From contig NC_057720.1 in NCBI RefSeq assembly GCF_004010195.1, forward strand, positions 24,665,131 to 24,685,130: a stretch of 20,000 nt of DNA, in the 5' to 3' direction. A program made the translations under genes and the position numbers. This document shows, one piece after another, positions 1-10,159 of the stretch. The number at the start of each line of letters is the position of its first letter. Within the stretch, counting starts at the first letter, position 1. Origin of the DNA: Chiloscyllium plagiosum (lineage: Eukaryota). The notes under the pieces were generated by a model, which worked only from the letters and a program-made list of their open reading frames with translations, did no database searches and was not told where the DNA came from.

Positions 1-440
1 TACAATCGCTCATTGTCTCTGGTCCTGACACAGACTGCGGGCATACTGGAGTGCTGTGGTAGGTGAAATGGAGAGGGTCTCAGCCTTGTTAATCCACTTC
101 CATTAGACGTGAAGACAAAAAAGCTTTTCTTAATGCTCATTTTTCGTGCAAGAAAGAACATTCTGTTAGGGTGGGTATCTGAACCCCCCATTCGCCTCTT
201 CTTAGAAGAAATTTCACCTTAAAGGTAACTCAATTAGATTGACAGGGAAATTAAAAAGTTTTACTTTTAGATATTGCCTAGTACTTCTCTTGGGAATGTC
301 TCATAGTCCCTCACATCGATGGATCATTTTGAAGTGCAGTAGGTAGTTGTATTAGAAACAGCCAGATATGAAAGCAAAGAAATCAATGGAGTAACTATCT
401 CCCATAGATTGAAGAATGCTGAGAAGAACTAATCTCATTC

Positions 441-762
441 GATTTGATTAGATTAGATTCCCTACAGTGTGGAAACAGGCCCTTCGGCCCAACAAGTCCA
501 CACTGACCCTCCAAAGAGCAACCCACCCAGACTCATTCCCCAACATTTATGCCTAGCTAATGCACCTAACACTACGGGCAATTTAGCCGTGCCAATCTGC
601 CTACCCTGCACATCTTTGGACTGTGGGAGGAAACCATAGCACCCAGAGGAAACCCACGCAGACATGGGGAGAATGTGCAAACTCCACAGACAGTTGTCCG
701 AGGCCGGAATTGAACCCATGTCCTTGGCACTGTGAGGCAGCAGTACTGACCACTGAACTACA
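441..762 (-). mobile_element. HE1-type tRNA-derived SINE (V-SINE-like core, CR1/HER1-derived 3' tail)
   Basis: Minus strand reads a tRNA-like head (..TTCAGTGGTCAGTACTG.. / GGGTTCAATTCC B box), core GTGGAGTTTGCACATTCTCCCCATGTCTGCGTGGGTTTCC, tail GGGCCGAAGGGCCTGTTTCCACACTGTAGGGAATCTAATCTAATC. Homologous copies lie at 10160-10438 and 10528-10810. Confidence 0.9.
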
Positions 763-974
763 GGAGTTATGGAGAATGCAGAGTTTGATGATGACTGACA
801 ATGAAATGCCAAGCTTTGCTTAAATTCAAACCAAGCAGGTTAACTCTGATTTATCAAAAGGATTGACCTGAGGAATGAACCAGAGACCAGCTGCTAACTT
901 TAAAAAAAATGCAACAAATATAACGCGCGTATATGTTCTTTCTGTCTACAAAGACCTGCTTAAATCTGTACAAC

Positions 975-1048
975 AAATGCAACAGATTGCCAATTCTGGA
1001 AATTTCAAATGAAAACAGAAATTCTGGAAATACTCAGTATTCTGGAGA
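975..1048 (-). mobile_element. Degenerate Penelope-like element terminal fragment, inverted relative to 1300-1390
   Basis: aaatgcaacagattgccaattctggaaatttcaaatgaaaacagaaattctggaaatactcag is an imperfect reverse complement of 1330-1390. Confidence 0.5.
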
Positions 1049-1049
1049 T

Positions 1050-1168
1050 AAATGTATTAAGGAATTTGAAGATGGTATGGAAACATGGATTTGAGATGGT
1101 CAGCCATGATCTCAAGAAGTGTGGCAAGCTTTAACAGCTAAATAGCGTACTTCTGTTCCCCTGTTCCT
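1050..1168 (+). mobile_element. Old CR1-type LINE 3' end fragment
   Basis: gtcagccatgatct...aaatagcgtacttctgttcc resembles the CR1 3' terminus also seen in reverse at 17325-17430. Confidence 0.55.
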
Positions 1169-1299
1169 AAATAATCCTGAGTCTGCTAAGAATTGCAGAT
1201 GATCCAATTAAGATGGTCAGTCAGGCTCACAATCTGGCACACCAATGTGTACTGGAAAATACATATAGTACTACACAAGCCTGTGTTCATTAACTGTGT

Positions 1300-1390
1300 G
1301 CTCTCTCCACAGATGCTGCCTGACCTGATGAGAACTTTCAGATTTTCTGTTTTTATTTCAGATTTTCAGCATTGTCAATATTTGGCTTTT
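1300..1390 (+). mobile_element. Penelope-like element 3' terminal fragment
   Basis: ctctccacagatgctgcctgacctgatgag...ttcagattttcagcat is homologous to the PLE termini at 8655-8737 and 15015-15095. Confidence 0.65.
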
Positions 1391-1392
1391 GA

Positions 1393-1650
1393 AGAAAGTG
1401 AGGACTGCAGATAGAGTCATAGAGATGTACAGCATGGAAACAGACTCTTCGGTCCAACACATCCATGCCAACCAGATATCACAACCCAATCTAGTCCCAC
1501 CTGCCATGTTGGAGATCAGAGTCAAAACGTATGGTGCTGGAAAAGCACAGCCGGTCAGGCAACATCCGAGGAGCAGGAGAGTCGACGTTTCGGGCATAAG
1601 CCTTTCATCAATTACATTCCTGACTTTTCCAGCACCACACTTTTTGTTTT
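1393..1650 (-). mobile_element. Penelope-like terminal (pLTR) fragment with a short collapsed inverted arm, interrupted by a CR1 tail
   Basis: agaaagtgaggactgcagat ... gttggagatcagagtc...gctggaaaagcacag...gtcgacgtttcgggcataagcctttcatca matches 5214-5327; cttttccagcacca (1624-1637) is the inverted arm. Confidence 0.8.
1413..1506 (-). mobile_element. 5'-truncated CR1/HER1-type LINE 3' tail nested in a PLE terminus
   Basis: Reverse complement matches the LINE end at 18150-18245 (ggcaggtgggactag...tgctgtaca.ctctatgactct). Confidence 0.85.
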
Positions 1651-2254
1651 GATGTGCAGATCTAAGTAATGTAAAATGGTTCTAATGTGAACTTCCATTT
1701 AATGGCATAGCTTAGTTTAAGCAGAAAATAGCCTTATGACAAATTTTGAGGATGTGCATATTCATGTAGATGTACTGTATATGAAATGTTGAAGTGTCAG
1801 TAATGATAATTGTTAATTAAAGAGAGAAAGTTAATCCAGTATATATCGCTAAATCTGAAACCACCACATCTCAATTATTACCTCTCTGTGAATCATCATA
1901 AATAGGTCAGCTAGCATTTTAATTCAGCCTTTGACCTGTGGATATGCAAATTTCTCATTCCCTTCATTTGTCCTGAGCACAATCAACATTGGCACTGCTG
2001 TGAACAATGGTAAATTGTTTTTTTTCCAACAGTACATTTAATCTGCTGGGATTCTTAAAACCTGTCCTACAAATTAAGATACTGATATATCACTTCAGAA
2101 TTAGATGTATGCAAAATTGTCTAAGTAGAATTAATCTACCTCTTCTTGATGCCGATGCACTCCAATAGCAATCAGACAAAGGACTATTTCTCATTAAGTG
2201 TCATGGATTATTAACTAGAATGTTGGATGGATTTTGTTACATTGAATTTGTTAT

Positions 2255-2582
2255 GTTCATTCACAGATGCGAGCATTGCTGGCTGGATCGGTATCTATTG
2301 CTAATCCCTAATTGTCCAGAGGGCAGTTAACAGTCAGCCACATTGCTGTGGATCTGGAATCACATGTAGGCCAAACTAGGTAAGGATGGAAGATTTCCTT
2401 TCTCAAAAGACATTAGTGAATCAGGTGGGTTTTTATGGCAGTGAGCAGTAGTTGCATGGTCGCTATTTATTTTTATTGAATCCAAGTTACACTATCTGCC
2501 ATGATGGGATTTGAGTCTGTGTCTCCAGAACACTAGCCTGGGGTCAAGGATTATTATTCCACTAGTCCACATTACCACTACC
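2255..2582 (-). mobile_element. tRNA-derived SINE (second family), sharing its 3' tail with the LINE ending near 14290
   Basis: Minus strand has GTGGTAATGTGGACTAG head, CTCAAATCCC B-box-like motif and core CTTACCTAGTTTGGCCTACATGTGATTCCAGA. A second copy is at 15655-15850. Confidence 0.75.
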
Positions 2583-2654
2583 TTACAATAACGTCAGACA
2601 CGACCTTAATGTCCAATCTCATGTATTATGTTTGATAACAATGCAACCTTGGAT

Positions 2655-2830
2655 CATCATAGACTTACCAGAACAAAGAGCTGCTCTCTCATTGGACAGT
2701 GACGACTAGCGGTATTTTAACCTGAGGGCCACTAGGAGAGAGGTCAAGAAGGAGAGTCCTTCATGGTAACCTCAGCCAACGATGGGAATTGAACCCACAA
2801 GCTCATGGTCCTGCCAAATGAACTAAACTA
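2655..2830 (-). mobile_element. tRNA-derived SINE (third family), degenerate
   Basis: Minus strand: TTAGTTCATTTGG (A-box-like), GGGTTCAATTCCC (B box), then GGCTGAGGTTACCATGAAGGACTCTCCTTC...CCTCAGGTTAAA. Confidence 0.7.
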
Positions 2831-3822
2831 ATCCCCAATGCAACTTCAATTCTATAAGGGTACAGGAAATTTTCAGAAGCATTACTTTTAGTTTTGTAGC
2901 ATTGACTGATGTGGAATAACTCTCCCATTTTGCTGCTGAGAATATGCGTGATCTGAAACGTGGGCTGCAACTTTCTTGTTGTGGGAGACAGATAAAGCCT
3001 CACTTATTGGATATGTTAAATGTTAAATACGGTCTCTGGGGAGTGTTGTTATTGCACTTTAAGTGTTCAGACGTTAAATAGAATACACAGTCTGGTCTAA
3101 TGTGTCGTTACACATTTTTAGAGTATTTCATGACTAATTTAAGATCAACCGATTGTAGAAACTATCAAATGTGATCAAAGTAAAATGCTGACAAACATTC
3201 TCAGACAACTGGCACCTCATCAGCCAGGCTACTTTGGTGTCTTGTGAACCAGTTTTTTTAATATCAGTTATTGTATTTACTGCCTGAAACCTTCACCAGA
3301 AGAGAAATCAGTGGAGCCCATTAAAAACACGTTTAAAGGACAGCTGTTGGTTCCAAGTGTTTTAATTGGATCTTACTGTGAGATTGTTACTGCACACATG
3401 GACTGATGTTTAAAAAGTGTTTTCAGCTATCAAGATACTTGCAAATGTCTTATTCCCATATGTAGATACCCGCTCTCTGTGTTGCCTGAATATTGAACTT
3501 TGAATAATAGTGTAACCTCAAAATTTATTTTAACACACACACATCACATATCCTTAGGTATATCCAGTGCACTGGGCATTCCAATAACTGGCTCATGAAC
3601 AATATGTAAGTAATGTCACTTAAGAATTATCTATCCTAAGGATTTCATGAATATTGCTTTATTTGTAAGCTTGTCTAGTTTGATTGGGCCCCTCTCAAAT
3701 AACATGAGAAAGAAGAAACCATTGATTCGCAGAAATGCGTGACTAAATAAAACAGCATGTGCGCAGCCAAACTTCATAGCATTCCTGTCACACATAATGA
3801 AATCATTCTACTAATTAATCTA

Positions 3823-4052
3823 TGGTGCTAGCTGAAATACATCCACAGAGGTCAGTGTCCCATCACAAAGTCACCCTTTATTTACATGTGCATAGTCCTT
3901 GACACTGGTCTGGCTTCCTCAGAGTGAGCAGAATCTCTGATGATCCTGATTGATCTGTCAGCCAGGGTTCCCGCATTCGACCAGATTAACAGCCCAAATC
4001 AGGAAACTCATTCTATGAGGTCTGTCTGGCTGACCCAGTTACAATCACTACA
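3823..4052 (-). mobile_element. Probable short solo LTR
   Basis: Minus strand begins TGTAGTGATTGTAAC and contains AATAAA (3877-3882) near its far end; resembles shark LTR-like repeats from memory. No clear TSD; left boundary uncertain. Confidence 0.4.
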
Positions 4053-4644
4053 CCAGCACTGTTTCTTGATCCAGCAAAGAAAAGAATTCAACAATATTTA
4101 CTTATATTATAACATATAAACTTTATACATTTTTATACAGATGAAGTTTGATTTTGAGTAGAATATGAAAAATGATGTCTATTTTTTGATCCAGTCCCCA
4201 GTATCAGTATGCAATGTAATGTAACACTGCAATTTGGCTCATTATTTCAGGCTTCCAGCACTTACATATTTGCAACAGTCCTGTTGGATATAACATGTAT
4301 ATATTATTATTTGGAAAACGTTTTTATTTGAGTACACTGTGCTGACATTATCTGATGGGAAGATTTCCAATGTTCATTGATTCCGTTGGTACTACCTTTT
4401 GAGCACTATTCCTGTCTACTGTCTACACTAAATGCGGCTGATTGCATGTTTGAAACTAAAAATCAGCATAAGTACCTCCAGGTGAGAAAGGAAGTGGGTA
4501 AGAAAACGAGAAGATAAGCAACAAATGTTCCTGAACCTACAAATGAGAACTAGCCAAATTAATTGTAGCTTCAGAACTTCTCTCAGTGTGGCTGTAAAAG
4601 GGAGCTTTGACTACTTAAAGGCACAAATACAATATTCAGGTATG

Positions 4645-4924
4645 ATTTGGAGATGCTGGTGTTGGACTGGGGTGGACAAAGTTAAAAATCACACAATACC
4701 AGGTTATAGACCAACAGATTTAGTTGGAAGCACCAACTTTTGGAGCGCTGCTCCTTCATCAGGTGGTTGTGGTGTACACAATTGTAAGACACAGAAACTT
4801 TTGCTATAAATTCTGTCTTACAATTGTGTACCCCACGACCACCTGATGAAGGAGCAGTGCTCAGAAAGCTAGTGTTTCCAATTAAACCTGTTGACTATAA
4901 CCTGGTGTTGTGTGATTTTTAACT
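4645..4924. mobile_element. Non-autonomous palindromic Penelope-like insertion with 13-bp TSD
   Basis: Inverted arms 4680-4797 / 4811-4924, unpaired 35-nt tail 4645-4679, direct repeat atattcaggtatg at 4632-4644 and 4925-4937. Confidence 0.85.
4840..4874 (+). ncRNA. Minimal type I hammerhead ribozyme motif (PLE-associated)
   Basis: cac-CTGATGA-a-GGAGC-agt-GCTCA-GAAA-gc-TA|gtg: conserved core, helix II (one mismatch), palindromic AGCT in place of helix III, cac/gtg helix I. Confidence 0.65.
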
Positions 4925-5213
4925 ATATTCAGGTATGTTTTGGTGTTATGGAAAGAGGTCCAGCATTGTTGGGGATCTGTCCTCTGGCATTATAGAAGGT
5001 TATTAGCTCTGTCATGTGCTTACTGAGTTTTAATGGGTAAATTCTGATTGGAAACAGTCAACTCTACAGAGGTCAGTAACTGACTGAGGTTTAGTAGGTT
5101 TGTTGTCATTGCCAAGCAGAGTCTGTCATTTACCCAGCATAACTGCAGCAAAACACTCAAATTGTTTGTTACAATAACTGGATAACAATTTCTTGAGAAC
5201 TCTTCATGCAAGG

Positions 5214-5412
5214 AGAAAGTGAGGACTGCAGATGCTGGAGATCAGAGCTGAAAATGTGTTGCTGAAAAAGCGCAACAGGGCAGGCAGCATCCAAGGAACA
5301 GGAGAATCGATGTTTCGGGCATAAGCCCGGCTTATGCCCGAAACGTCGATTCTCCTGTTCCTTGGATGCTGCCTGACCTGCTGCGCTTTTCCAGCAACAC
5401 ATTTTCAACTCT
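5214..5412. mobile_element. Non-autonomous near-perfect palindromic Penelope-like insertion with 16-bp TSD
   Basis: Palindrome 5244-5412 centred on base 5328, 30-nt tail 5214-5243, direct repeat aactcttcatgcaagg at 5198-5213 and 5407-5422 (the right copy overlaps the arm end). Confidence 0.9.
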
Positions 5413-7356
5413 TCATGCAAGGTCTATATTTTGCGATTCTTTTATCAAACCAAATTTAACATGATTGTTTACTTTTATAAGCATTTGGGGAAGAACCCTA
5501 CAAATAAGAGTTATGGACAGCATATGCAACATCACCATCTACCTTTTCATATGTCTGAAAAATCCTGATTTTTTTCCGTGCTAATCAGGCTGAAATGGTT
5601 ATTGCTTATGTCAACTTCAGGAACAATAACATTGCTTTTGATATCGTGCACTGAGCTACTGGTATAGACAAGGAACAGGGTGGGGAAAATGCGCTTCCTG
5701 AAGGACTTGTTGTTAAGCTGTTGCAATAAGAGGATTTATGTAACAGGAAGTTATTTATATTCCCTGACAGAACTACATATCAACCACATGTCACCAGTCT
5801 GTTGCTTTAGGCTTCACGTTCATGATCATGCAACTTATTTTTTCTGGAACACAAAACATAGAAACTGAGAGTGCTGTGGTAAAATCAGGTGAGGAGGTGT
5901 TGGATGTCTCTGTTTACATGGTGTGATCATAAAATAACCACAAGGACAGGTTTCCTTGAGCTAAACAATGAGATTAGTTTTATTATCCTTAAACTCATTG
6001 AAGTAATATAAGAAAATACATGCTGAATTTTGCATGTGCAAAAATTCACAGTCAGCATTCAACAACAAATTATAGAGTGGGGAGGTATAAGGTGGTCAAA
6101 TTGTAAAATGTCTTAAAAAAGGAAGAGCCTGTAGTTTGGTGCCTTGGCTTGTTTCAAATTCAATAATTTTGGTGTTTCCAATTTAAAGACATCAATGATT
6201 GAATTAGTTGTTCCTCTGGAGGCAGTATTGTTCAGTTAAATTCTTTTAATAGATTTCTTTTTGGAGGACTTCCCTAAATGATTAGAGTCAGAAAACAGAA
6301 TTTAAACTCAGAGCCCAAGAAAGCTATCAGGTGATTTGAAGAATGAAGGAGGCAGTCTGTGTAAGGTAATGTGTCTTTAAAAGTTAATTATGCAGTCTGC
6401 ACAAGGCAGACTGATGATGTCACACAGTGGGTGGAGAATCAAGGACTCCAGCTCTGGATCTTGATGGGGTTAGACATGACATGTCTGACTACTGATAATA
6501 TTAATAAATATGTCCAATAAGGCAATATAATTTGTACCTATTTTTATCATGCACCATCCTAAACATTGTTCTTAAGACAAGTGCCTCTTCTTGTTAAAAC
6601 TCATTAGGAATTCATCCTCTTCTACTGTTAACTGAACAAATCCTTACATCCATTATAGAAAAGATGAGTAGTGGCAGTACTTTACCTTAACATCAGGCTG
6701 CTAATGTTGGCAGGAGACATCCCACCTCAGTCTTCTCCCTAAAATTGTGTCTTTAATTCTGCTGCAGAAGCACATGATTAAAACTTTAAAAATGGTTGAC
6801 TTTCCTGTGATCTGCCAGAGGGATCAAAATCAAAGATTGCCTATATGTTCCAAAGTTGACATCCTTAGTTCCTATTGGTTACCTAAGAGTTCATTGTCCA
6901 AGCAATTAGCCTTAATGACTTATTTTCATGAGTTGAACAACTCAGATCATTGCTTAGATGCTTTGCTAATGAGACGGGAGATGTGAGTCAATCACACTCC
7001 TTGAAGTCAGTGTTTTTGATGGGTTTTGCAGACAGACCGCCTCCATTGCATTGAATTGGAATGTAGAATGCATAACAATACAAATGGAAATAGCCATGGT
7101 GGGCTGAGTTCAAGTCACTTCAATCTCTATCACTGGACTCATCACAGCTCTATATAACAAGAATTGAAATATGACATTCTAAATGTTAAGAAAATAAGTC
7201 TGATTTTCCACCCAAATGAGGCAAGCGTTTTGCTTCCACAAGGTCGAAAGCATGCATTAGCCATGTCATTATTACTGCCTCATTTATATGCAGTGTCGAG
7301 ATTAGAGTGGTGCTAGAAAAGCACAGCAGGTCAGGCAACATCCGAGGAGCAGGAAA

Positions 7357-7390
7357 ATCGACATTTCGGGCAAAAGCCCTTCATCAGGAA
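7357..7390 (-). ncRNA. Minimal hammerhead ribozyme motif in left pLTR
   Basis: Exact reverse complement of the motif at 8609-8642. Confidence 0.55.
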
Positions 7391-7599
7391 AGGAGGCAGG
7401 GTGCCTGCAGAGTGGAGAGATAAATGAGAGGGGGTGTGGGGAGAAAGTAGCAAAGAGTACAATGGGTGAATAGGGGTGGGGATGAAGGCGATAGGTCACA
7501 GAGGAGGGTGGAGTGGATAGGTGAAAGGGAAGATAGGCAGGTAGGACAGGTCATGAGGGTGGTGCTGAGCTGGAAGACTGGAGCTGGGGTGAAGTGAGG

Positions 7600-8411
7600 G
7601 AAGGGGAAATGAGGAAACTGGTGAAATCCACATTGATGCCCTGGGGTTGAAGTAGTCCGAGGCAGAAGATGAGGCGCTCTTCCTCCAGGCACCGGGTTGT
7701 GAGGAAACAGTGGTAGCGGAGGCCCAGGACCTCCATGTCCTTGGCAGAGTGGGAGGAGGAGTTGACATGTTGGGCCACAGGGCGGTGGGGTTAATTGGTG
7801 CCTGTGTCCCAGAGATGTTCCCTAAAGTGCTCTGCTAAGAGGCGTCCAGTCTACCCAGTGTAGAGGAGACCGCATCGGGAGCAACGGATACAATAAATGA
7901 TATTGGTGGATGTGCAGGTAAAACTTTGATGGATGTGGAAGGCTCCTTTGGGGCCTTGGATGGAGGTGAGGGAGGAGGTGTGGGCGCAGGTTTTGCATTT
8001 TCTGCGGTGGTAGGGAGGGTGCCAGGAAGGGAGGGTGGGTTGCTGGGGGGGCGTGGATCTGACCAGGTAGTCACGGAGGGAACGGTCTTTGCGGAAAGCG
8101 GAAATGGGTGGGGAGGGAAATATATCCCCGGTGGTGGGGTCCGTTTGGAGGTGGCAGAAATGTCGTCGGATGATGTGGTTTATGCAAAGATTGGTGGGGT
8201 GGAAGGTGAGCACAAGGGGGATTCTGTCCTTGTTACGGTTGGAGGGGTAGGGTTTGAGGGCGGAGGGGCGGGTTGTGGATGAGATGTGTTGGAGGGCATC
8301 TTTAACCACGTGGAAAAGGAAATTGCAGTCTCTAAAGAAGGAGGCCATCTGGTGTGTTCTGTGGTAGAACTGGTCCTCTTGGAAGCAGATGCGGCGAAGG
8401 CAGAGGAATAG
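7600..8411 (-). pseudogene. C-terminal part of PLE polyprotein (RT thumb/linker plus GIY-YIG endonuclease) with in-frame stops
   Basis: ORFs 7851..8528 and 7551..7778 share a frame: FLCLRRIC...RIPLVLTFHP...CKTC...FTCTSTNIIYCIRCSRCGLLYTG* ... AQHVNSSSHS...LEEERLIFCLGLLQPQGINVDF. IIY/YTG correspond to GIY/YIG with PLE-type Cys motifs. Confidence 0.9.
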
Positions 8412-8608
8412 CGCTTTAGGGAACATCTCCGGGACACTTGCACCAATCAACCCCACCGCCCTGTGGCCCAACATTTCAACTCCCCCTCCCACTCTACTGA
8501 GGACATGAAGGTCCTGGGCCTCCTTCACCGCCGCTCCCTCACCACCAGACGCCTGGAGGAAGAACCCCCTCTCATTTATCTCTCCACTCTGCAGGCACCC
8601 TGCCTCCT

Positions 8609-8642
8609 TTCCTGATGAAGGGCTTTTGCCCGAAATGTCGAT
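8609..8642 (+). ncRNA. Minimal hammerhead ribozyme motif in right pLTR
   Basis: tc-CTGATGA-a-GGGC-tttt-GCCC-GAAA-tg-TC|ga; perfect helix II; helix III tetramer reads ATGT where other copies have ACGT. Confidence 0.6.
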
Positions 8643-10159
8643 TTTCCTGCTCCTCGGATGTTGCCTGACCTGCTGTGCTTTTCCAGCACCACTCTAATCT
8701 AGACTCTGCTTTCCAGCATCTGCAGTCTTTGTTTTTACCTCATTTATATGCAGTTTGTTATATTCCAATGCAGTGGAGAGAAACTTACAGCAACAATTCT
8801 TGACATGGAGGCTTGAGCAGCCTCCTGGTGACTCCAGCTCACTACTGCTCTTTCAGGCTTCCATCTTGGTCAGCATTCCTTCACATCTAAGTACTACAAG
8901 GCGGTGCTTGAGCAGGGATCACCTGCATCTTTTGACCATGGAGGTTGGCAATGGACACAAACCATCCTCACCTTATTATCATGGCATATCTCCTACTCAC
9001 TTAGAATACAGTTCACCGTTTCTGAAGTGCATTTTGGAGAGCATCGATACCTTTCATTAAAATGTTGCTGCCAAGCCACTTTGTACACCAAAAAGCACCT
9101 ATCATATGCATTAGAATAGATTGCTTCTCAGGGTTTTTCACTTACTTTATTCATGCACAACTCACTTTGGTCCTACTGGATGCTAATAACACCTCTGCCT
9201 TGCCTTGGCTTTTTGCACATTGGTGCCTCATTCAGAATGTCTACCTTACAGTGCTTCTGTTTTGCATGCTAGTCAGACAGCTTGTCATGTGTGTCACCAG
9301 TAAGCATTCAAGAGGGTGAATGTTATTTAACCGAAGTTGAGAGGACATTCCACATGTTCCACCCTTAAATTCCTGCATGCCTACCAGTTTGACTCCCAAG
9401 ATGCCTCAAAGAAGCTGATGTTAGATCTTCTGCCGAGGCTACTCCTCTCCAACCCCACCAATTCCCTTCAGGTAAGAGATCTTAAGGGAATTGAGATGGG
9501 TAGGCAGAAAGTCAAGGGACATTCTCTGACTAAGCTCAAAATCTCAAGGGAAGAAGGCAGGGTTCAGCTCAAGGCCTCTGATTTGGACGCCAGTGCACTT
9601 ATATGGAAAGGGAAAACAATTCAGTTCTTGAATAAAGGTCGTATTGATTTTTTTTTTACCATGTATTGTTCTCTGAACAATTCTGATCAGCAATTCAATA
9701 TACATTTGTCCTGAGCTATTGGTAGATGTCTGATTGACAAATCTTTGGGACAGTATCAATACTACAAAAGTATTGATACTTTTGCTATTTATAGCATATT
9801 GTGCCAAACAAGTCTGGATGATAAAGTTGTGTAATCTACAAAGTTGAATTGTTTTCTAAATGTAACAATTTCTTTATAGCCACCTAAACTCAATTGATTA
9901 CTCTGTGATTAATTACCCATAGAGAATCTGCTTTGGGCCTCCAATTTCACCAGTCCTTTTGTTACTTTACTGTAATGCATATAAATGTAATGAAAAAAAG
10001 ATAAAATCTACATTCGTGCAGTATCATTCATGATGTTCCAACTTGCTTTACAGCCAATTTAATTACCTTTGGCTTGTGGTCACTTGGATAGTATAGGGAA
10101 TGTTACTAAATTGTGGAGGAGACACAAGGATCCAAATGACCTATTCCTGCTCCTAAAAC

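Larger units (their letters stand above)
7295..8737. mobile_element. 5'-truncated Penelope-like retroelement with inverted pLTR and 17-bp TSD
   Basis: Inverted termini 7295-7435 / 8564-8704, tail 8705-8737, direct repeat cctcatttatatgcagt at 7278-7294 and 8738-8754, GIY-YIG coding remnant inside. Confidence 0.93.

Noticed and set aside
462..823. ORFs 462..812, 601..801, 623..823 (and similar ones at 10454-10881, 12255-12473) as protein genes
   Set aside because: They are translations of HE1 SINE sequence; the same peptides recur at each SINE copy
6688..6740. Minus-strand exon-like segment (ttttag|...aag|gtaaag)
   Set aside because: Stops in all three frames; cannot be supported as coding, and a non-coding exon is untestable here
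8412..8528. N-terminal ~39 aa of the 225-aa ORF 7851..8528
   Set aside because: It is the antisense read of the inverted PLE segment fused by the fold-back junction, not a real N-terminus
9337..9714. 125-aa ORF
   Set aside because: Non-ATG start, no recognisable domain or splice context; possibly a decayed repeat
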